Shown here one piece after another: positions 37,401 to 41,543 of a stretch of 41,543 bases of DNA (within the stretch, counting starts at the first letter, position 1; every line of letters begins with the position of its first letter). The stretch covers positions 1 to 41,543 of the forward strand of contig JABANN010000297.1 in NCBI GenBank assembly GCA_013115125.1, given 5' to 3'. The DNA is from Perkinsus olseni. Lineage: Eukaryota. Under the pieces are notes generated by a model. It saw nothing but the letters and a program-made list of their open reading frames with translations. It did no database searches and had not been told where the DNA came from. The translations under genes were made by a program, and so were the position numbers.

Positions 37401-37472
37401 GCTATGCGTGCTGGGCCTCGGTCGACCCATGTTGTCGTGGCCGAAGGCGAGGCTAGGAATGTTTCTACGTAA
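34440..37472 (+). CDS. SPP: Plastid stromal processing peptidase-like M16 zinc metallopeptidase, intronless, with an N-terminal plastid-targeting presequence
   Basis: A single ORF of about 1010 aa with the inverted zincin motif HLVEH. SPP-like blocks include LEVHVGSRDE, SNAETDYHHVSF, LHSENVLGTQFPIG, WFRPANSTLFIVGD, PVHHVWS and a C-terminal LFKRLREEARLTY. The first ATG is at 34440. Confidence 0.88.
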   Translation: MTPIVAGRCRHTRRRRSSLPYSLLVLAVFLYVVIQLSTPALFVLPRPAVPQSAVSNTYGRPHATNLRARHSATVGRTPSAYPTSLLVLGMGVAALVSVAMAKRRGGKNVSRRAAVEATPSIPATSAPLPRNPAVRVGRLSSGLQYVIQDHKDVGGKAVHATLEVHVGSRDESAGEQGMAHLVEHAAFMGCDRRRAALAAKGGQSNAETDYHHVSFETVIPNAAGLGDALGLLRQAGFEAELNKDVVERERLVVLREKAQMDTHDYAQECAALEALHSENVLGTQFPIGSSQLVQGWTVKQVKDFYKKWFRPANSTLFIVGDLAGRDEDVISKIEQTFGDVEVGVAPVRKPVHHVWSPKAPTIRIDPQSEESSVGRIMLMSKQPVHPLRTRLDMRRYVAEDIAIRAVASRLQRASRALEVPVVAEADCLDSIREGCRVTSIRVGGTTVDGAKRGVSQAARVVEDVCSSPLDEEEVMALGQEYVKGLADMKEASSAEQLQMLMDLLLLGHTPVAPADATKLAEETVREVTPAEVMEGARRVFGCLLDERLRVYATGRGWTQSSILEAIDSGVRDEGPRPLPLALHCHHLLDHQEASSPRVLDIDKNGEVCSTRLATGVKVRVVQSSGEPGNYRIRVRWPGGALKARSSAHAAVAGHVLASHWQKADGSVDAFMKEHSLSEPVMGQSLEWTEITVSGAKGVEAALEFVKFVLQTQVEAGAEGSAHVAKALASLEALESGRELSIEREGLDRLVGSMYPHTDVLREPKGLGQVREVTRELSWGDDSLLAIDMVGDFSSPQEAFAVADKFFGASKMMEGEPKAEAAPTLPSVADSWTDAPQRVSMPKVANDRALVLLGGGMEKRPEWQVALLAEEILNAALFKRLREEARLTYDARGSFLVPDRPNTGTGHWTVAVHTDPADATQCAMEALRVVREQRMVDDSSLARAKASVMGQLSQLQTANAFIMAMLDKPGGLERIQQVSAEEVEAVFKAMRAGPRSTHVVVAEGEARNVST

Positions 37473-38033
37473 GACTATAGGCCTAGCGTTGGGGAGGGGA
37501 GGTGCCTAGTAGCTCTGTCTCTGTCTAGTTCGCTTTTCCACTATAGCGCCACCGAAGAAGAAAGGAGCCGAGGCTATTGTGAAGCCCAAGGCTAAAGCCA
37601 AGGGTAAGGCGAAGGGTAAGGCCCGAGCCAAGGCGGCTGCGACAGCGAGCGCTGAAGTGGTAAGAGGTATTGCTGCCTGCGGTATCTCGTAGATCTTTAT
37701 ACAGGACCCTCAAGAGGCCGATGTGTTGATAGAAGCTTGCAAGAGCTGAGGTGTGTTCAAGCGAAGCGCGGCAGCTCTTGCCGGGGCTCTAGAGGAGCGT
37801 CGGCCAGGGACTACCGTGGTAGTGAATGAGAACGGTCAAGCCAAGCCGAGGAAGGGGACTTTCGCCGTCAAGGTGCCACGTCGATGGCCGTTTCGCTCCG
37901 CTATGCTGTTGTGGTGTAGGTACACGGGGGAAAGGAGGTCCTGGCTTTGGTAGCGATGCCACGCCCCTTCAAGAACCTTCGCGAGTTGGACATGGAGGAA
38001 GCGGCCACGCAAGTGGTAGAGGCTTTGAAGTGA
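37459..38033 (+). CDS. SELENOH: Selenoprotein H-like (Rdx / thioredoxin-like fold, CxxU) with an in-frame UGA read as Sec at 37747-37749
   Basis: Exons (37459-37468 tentative), 37547-37659, 37705-37872 and 37920-38033 give ...PPKKKGAEAIVKPKAKAKGKAKGKARAK...ADVLIEACKSUGVFKRSAAALAGALEERRPGTTVVVNENGQAKPRKGTFAVKVHGGKEVLALVAMPRPFKNLRELDMEEAATQVVEALK*. This matches the SelH pattern (VxIExCxSU...AAAL...KPRxGxFxV) and has a basic N-terminus. Confidence 0.9.
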
Positions 38034-38063
38034 GGATGGCCTCCGGTAAAGGTCCTATCTATA

Positions 38064-38121
38064 AGAGCGAATGACATCGCGTCCACAAAACCATCTGGCT
38101 GGACGTTGATTGATATGCTTT
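38064..38121 (+). promoter_or_regulatory. Eukaryotic SECIS element (type II-like) in the 3' UTR of the SelH-like gene
   Basis: Helix I is AGAGC/GCTTT. The core is ATGAC (38071-38075) ... TGAT (38111-38114). Helix II is ATCGCGTCCA/TGGACGTTGAT. Apical unpaired AAAA lies at 38087-38090, followed by a CC(A)/(T)GG mini-stem. Confidence 0.88.
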
Positions 38122-38303
38122 CGAGGGAGGATACTACGCAAGGCTCATATCTATCACCAATTCAAATGAATTTTTAATAACGTGCTGCTAGGGTTGTACT
38201 GGGTCGTGTTAGAGTAATGCTGACTGATCACTAGCCATTACAAGGGACAGGCATTGTGTCGGCATCTTTGCTGAATAGATTGTTTCTTCGGTTATTCAGT
38301 TTG

Positions 38304-39398
38304 ATGAGTACTAATCCTATGAATCCTATCAATGCCTTCGCCTTCGCCTTACTCAAGGAGCTCGAACCGGAGCCTTCCTCTAATTACGTTACGAATACTG
38401 TAGTGAGTTCGCTGTCGCTCTTCCAGACCATGGCTATTGCGGCATATGGTGCCCACGAGGGTAAGACTCTCGACGGCTTGCTCAACGTCACCCATGCTGA
38501 AGACCTGGAACAGCTTTGTGATGTCAGCCGTGACTTCAGTCGCTCCGGCGGCGACCGTGATGTGCTGCTGTCCGCCAATGCTGTCTGGTCGCCTTACCTC
38601 ACGGAGTCCTTCATAGACGATGTCAAGACTAATCTGAATGCAGAAGTGTTCCCTGAGGTACCCAATAAGGACCTCATCAATGCCTGGGTTGACCGGAAGA
38701 CGAAGGGCATGATTCAAAACTTGCTCTCAGAGGATCCGCCCGATGGTGCAACTCTGGTCAATGCTGTACATTTTAAAGAACAGTGGAGGACAGCGTTCAT
38801 GAAAACTTTCACTCGAGAGGCCGATTTCCACGCCCGGAAAGATGAGCCACCTGTGAAGGTTGAGATGATGGTCGCTGCGAGCCCCTATGGTGATACTAGA
38901 CAGAAAGGCTTTGATTATTACGCCGATGATAAAGTGCAGGTGGCAGAGATCCCTTATGCTCATGATGACTATGATGCTCTGATAGCCTTGCCGGCTGAGG
39001 GGGTTTCCGTTGATAATTTCGTGGCGCGTGACTTTGACACCTGGTGTGAGGGGATGCAGCATAATAAGGAGGGTAGTATTTCATTTCCCAAGTTCAAGGC
39101 GGAGTATGGCGTGCGGGATATGACGAATGAGTTCGAGCGTATGGGTTTGGTGTTGGATGGAGACTACAGTAAGATGGGCCCGGGGCTGCGGGTCGGCTCG
39201 GTGCTTCACAAGGCGCTTATGAAAGTAGACGAGGAGGGTACCGAGGCCGCAGCAGCATCAGCGATGGTGATGCTAACGGCGATGCCTATCGATCCTCCCT
39301 TCCGTATGGTGTGCAACAGGCCCTTCATGTTCATAGTGAGGCACAAGCCCACTAACAGCATCGTTTTCATTGCTAAGATTAGGAATCCGACGGTTTAA
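38304..39398 (+). CDS. Serpin (serine protease inhibitor family I4), intronless, probably inhibitory and intracellular
   Basis: Motifs include NTVVSSLS, INAWVDRKTKGMI, LVNAVHFKEQW, PKFK, VLHKALMKVDEEGTEAAAAS (intact hinge) and MVCNRPFMFIVRH (serpin signature). There is no signal peptide from the ATG at 38304. Confidence 0.95.
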   Translation: MSTNPMNPINAFAFALLKELEPEPSSNYVTNTVVSSLSLFQTMAIAAYGAHEGKTLDGLLNVTHAEDLEQLCDVSRDFSRSGGDRDVLLSANAVWSPYLTESFIDDVKTNLNAEVFPEVPNKDLINAWVDRKTKGMIQNLLSEDPPDGATLVNAVHFKEQWRTAFMKTFTREADFHARKDEPPVKVEMMVAASPYGDTRQKGFDYYADDKVQVAEIPYAHDDYDALIALPAEGVSVDNFVARDFDTWCEGMQHNKEGSISFPKFKAEYGVRDMTNEFERMGLVLDGDYSKMGPGLRVGSVLHKALMKVDEEGTEAAAASAMVMLTAMPIDPPFRMVCNRPFMFIVRHKPTNSIVFIAKIRNPTV

Positions 39399-39536
39399 AA
39401 GGACTTTTTATAGTAGAAAGATTTCTCCTGTGGGGGCTTGTGGTGTTGAGCTACAGTGACCGCGGGCTCTCGTGCCGCTTCATTGCTATCATGGATATGG
39501 CTTCACGCGGGTCTTCTGCAGTTTGTACCCTTGTCA

Positions 39537-40323
39537 ATGTCCAGTCCTGACCATAATGACACGTCGGTCTCAGACCCCTCGTTGAGGCCTGCTGCTCATG
39601 AGGGAGAGCCTCGTAGCGCTATGGACGTGGCAGACGACCTCCTCAACCACCTCACAGCCACACAGTTGCTCTACACCCTGCATCGAGTTCACCATCTCTG
39701 CTATCATGTAGTGAAGGGCAAGCTAGAGGTAGGATGCGCTAGCTCGGACATGATTTTGTCTTCAGGCCCCGGAGAAGGCGAGGGAGCTCCTTAATGAGGA
39801 CCCTAACCTGTCACTTGCGCTCATCCACGCACACTACCTTCTGGGGGTCACCACAGGAGAGCGTCTGCTGCCTCTCACTGCGGATGAAGTAAGGGGCTCG
39901 TTAGCGTTACCAAGTAGGCAGTAGTATCTATCTTAGGTGAGCCTAGCGAAGGACCGGCTGCAGCAGATCAGGACCCAGGGTGCAGTGGCAGCTTCGGAGT
40001 CTGCAGTCCAGCCAATGCCCTTCTACAGTCAGCAGGCTCCTGGCACGACTGAACTTCAAACAGTGGTAGTATACTGCAGCCCTCGGATAACTTTTCATGT
40101 AACGCCTTATCGCCTGTAGCTCCCGTCGGCCGCCCCGGTGCATCCTACGGACGATAAGCTCGATCATCTAGCAAGGGAGATATCCGAGCTCACTGGCTCG
40201 AAAATCGCCGCTGATACCGAGAGTATCCTGGCCGCGTTAGGGGACTTGTCGCCGGAGCAGATCGGCTCTTTACCCGAGGAGGTCCAGGCGCAGGTGCTGG
40301 AACTCTTGCAAGGGGCTGAGTAA
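39537..40323 (+). CDS. CstF-64/Rna15-like protein with hinge and C-terminal domains but no visible RRM
   Basis: The hinge-like segment is LLNHLTATQLLYTLHRVHHLCYH/APEKARELLNEDPNLSLALIHAHYLLG. The C-terminal segment ILAALGDLSPEQIGSLPEEVQAQVLELL resembles CSTF_C. About four exons. Confidence 0.7.
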
Positions 40324-40487
40324 TGAGGAGCCTTCTTCCACAGTGTTTCACTCTTATACGTATGTATGATTCTAAATGAAGGAAGAAGATAGCAGTGTTG
40401 TATGTGGGGGAGTAAGCCAGTGAGGAGCAGGAATTTCGTGGCGCGCGGTGATTTCCCTGACAGCTTGCATTCCTTCTCTGTCTCCTG

Positions 40488-41257
40488 ATGACCTTTCCTC
40501 CATCAATACCATCAGTGCCGCGGTATAAGCTAGTCTTCTCACTAGCCACTATCATATCAGCAGGAATTACCGCCATACCTCTGTATGTAGCACCGAAGAC
40601 CGCGTGGTATGCGTACCTTTCGGTAATCCAAGGGCAACTATTCACCTACCGAGCCCGAATAGCTCCATCAGAGCGTCTTCGGTATAGGGTCTCAGCGTTT
40701 CGCAGTAGGCTGTGTTTTGCTGTCTTTCGACTAGACAGGATGAGCAGTTGTGAGTACTCCGGCTCCTCTCTGACTGGTTTTTCTTGTTCAGATTATCGGC
40801 CCTATATTCTCCAACTTCGCTGTCAAGTTCAATTGGCCTGCCATCAACAGCTTCGCGAGGACCAGTATTATCGGCCGTTGGCTCGGTACAGGGTTGGGCT
40901 GTCTGGCGCACTTCATTGTCGATGAGATGGGTGGCGGCACCTACTACAAGCTTTGGGCTATACTATTCTTCCTACCTGTTACTTACTTCTTCTGTATGTC
41001 ACAGTCGAGTGGCGGATGCAAGTTGAGTGAACTCATCATGGGCCAAACATCACTGGTCTCCTCTGGTGTTGCCGTCCTGTGGTTCGTCAACAATGGTTAC
41101 AAAGAGGGAACTGCCTTTGCAGTGTTCCAAACTTTCGGTACCATCACGTCATTCGTCATCCTCAAGCTACTTCATGTCACCCACCTCCTCCCTGCCGACA
41201 GCCCTCCGCCCTTTCAACGCTTCAGCTACTCGGCAGCCAACCTCTATGACGTCATGA
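40488..41257 (+). CDS. Hypothetical multi-exon membrane protein
   Basis: Hydrophobic segments LVFSLATIISAGITAIPLYVA and YYKLWAILFFLPVTYFF sit in exons bounded by GT/AG, followed by a Ser-rich tail. Confidence 0.35.
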
Positions 41258-41543
41258 CATCCTATATAGTGTCTGGTGATCAGCACACAAGACTCGTATG
41301 CTCATCCTATGACGATTTCCTGGACGCCTGTCTCAAGGTTGCCTCCCATCCTGGGCCTGCTGAGATTGAGACCCCGGCGTGGTATATGGCAGCTTACTTG
41401 TTCTCTTTGAGACAAAATCTGAAGGCGGGTAAGTTCTCAGATCTTATTTTACAAAATTACTGGCAACCAATGGCCGCTGATCTGCTGGAGCTCAGAAGCA
41501 GTGTGGGTCTGGTGCTGCGGTCCATATATGAGAAAGACCAAAC

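Noticed and set aside
38031-38033. The terminal TGA of the SelH-like gene as a second Sec codon
   Set aside because: It lies only 37 nt upstream of the SECIS core, shorter than the spacing usually needed for recoding. The SelH similarity ends here, and readthrough would translate through the SECIS itself.
24987-39398. Cathepsins + M16 peptidase + serpin as a functional protease/inhibitor cluster
   Set aside because: The predicted compartments differ (secretory, plastid, cytosol) and unrelated genes intervene, so adjacency alone is not evidence.
1-41543. SL RNA gene or SL relic, tRNA/rRNA genes, CRISPR array
   Set aside because: Reading by eye showed no CCGTAGCCAT(T/C)TTGGCTCAAG-like match, cloverleaf, rRNA-like block or repeat-spacer array. 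A covariance-model search would be needed to exclude degenerate copies.

Overview
This is eukaryotic, gene-dense, intron-rich DNA with short GT-AG introns (about 45-80 nt). It is most likely a perkinsid or other myzozoan alveolate, an inference from the apicomplexan-type cathepsin C/DPAP genes, a dinoflagellate-type plastid presequence and the compact same-strand gene arrays. Most short ORFs in the track are exon fragments or antisense shadows. The window holds: (i) hypothetical multi-exon genes at about 0-11 kb; (ii) a minus-strand block with two isochorismatase-domain genes and two long processive GT2 glycosyltransferase genes that flank two TMEM256/DUF423 genes; (iii) a divergent strand switch at about 24.8-25.0 kb; and (iv) a plus-strand block. 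That block contains two cathepsin C-like proteases, an ankyrin-repeat protein, an intronless plastid stromal processing peptidase (M16), a selenoprotein H-like gene, an intronless serpin, an RRM-less CstF-64-like protein and a hypothetical membrane protein. The best find is the selenoprotein, which the ORF track only catches as a truncated fragment: it has an in-frame UGA in a CxxU motif (CKSU) and a canonical-looking SECIS hairpin in its 3' UTR. Exon boundaries were read by eye and are approximate unless stated.
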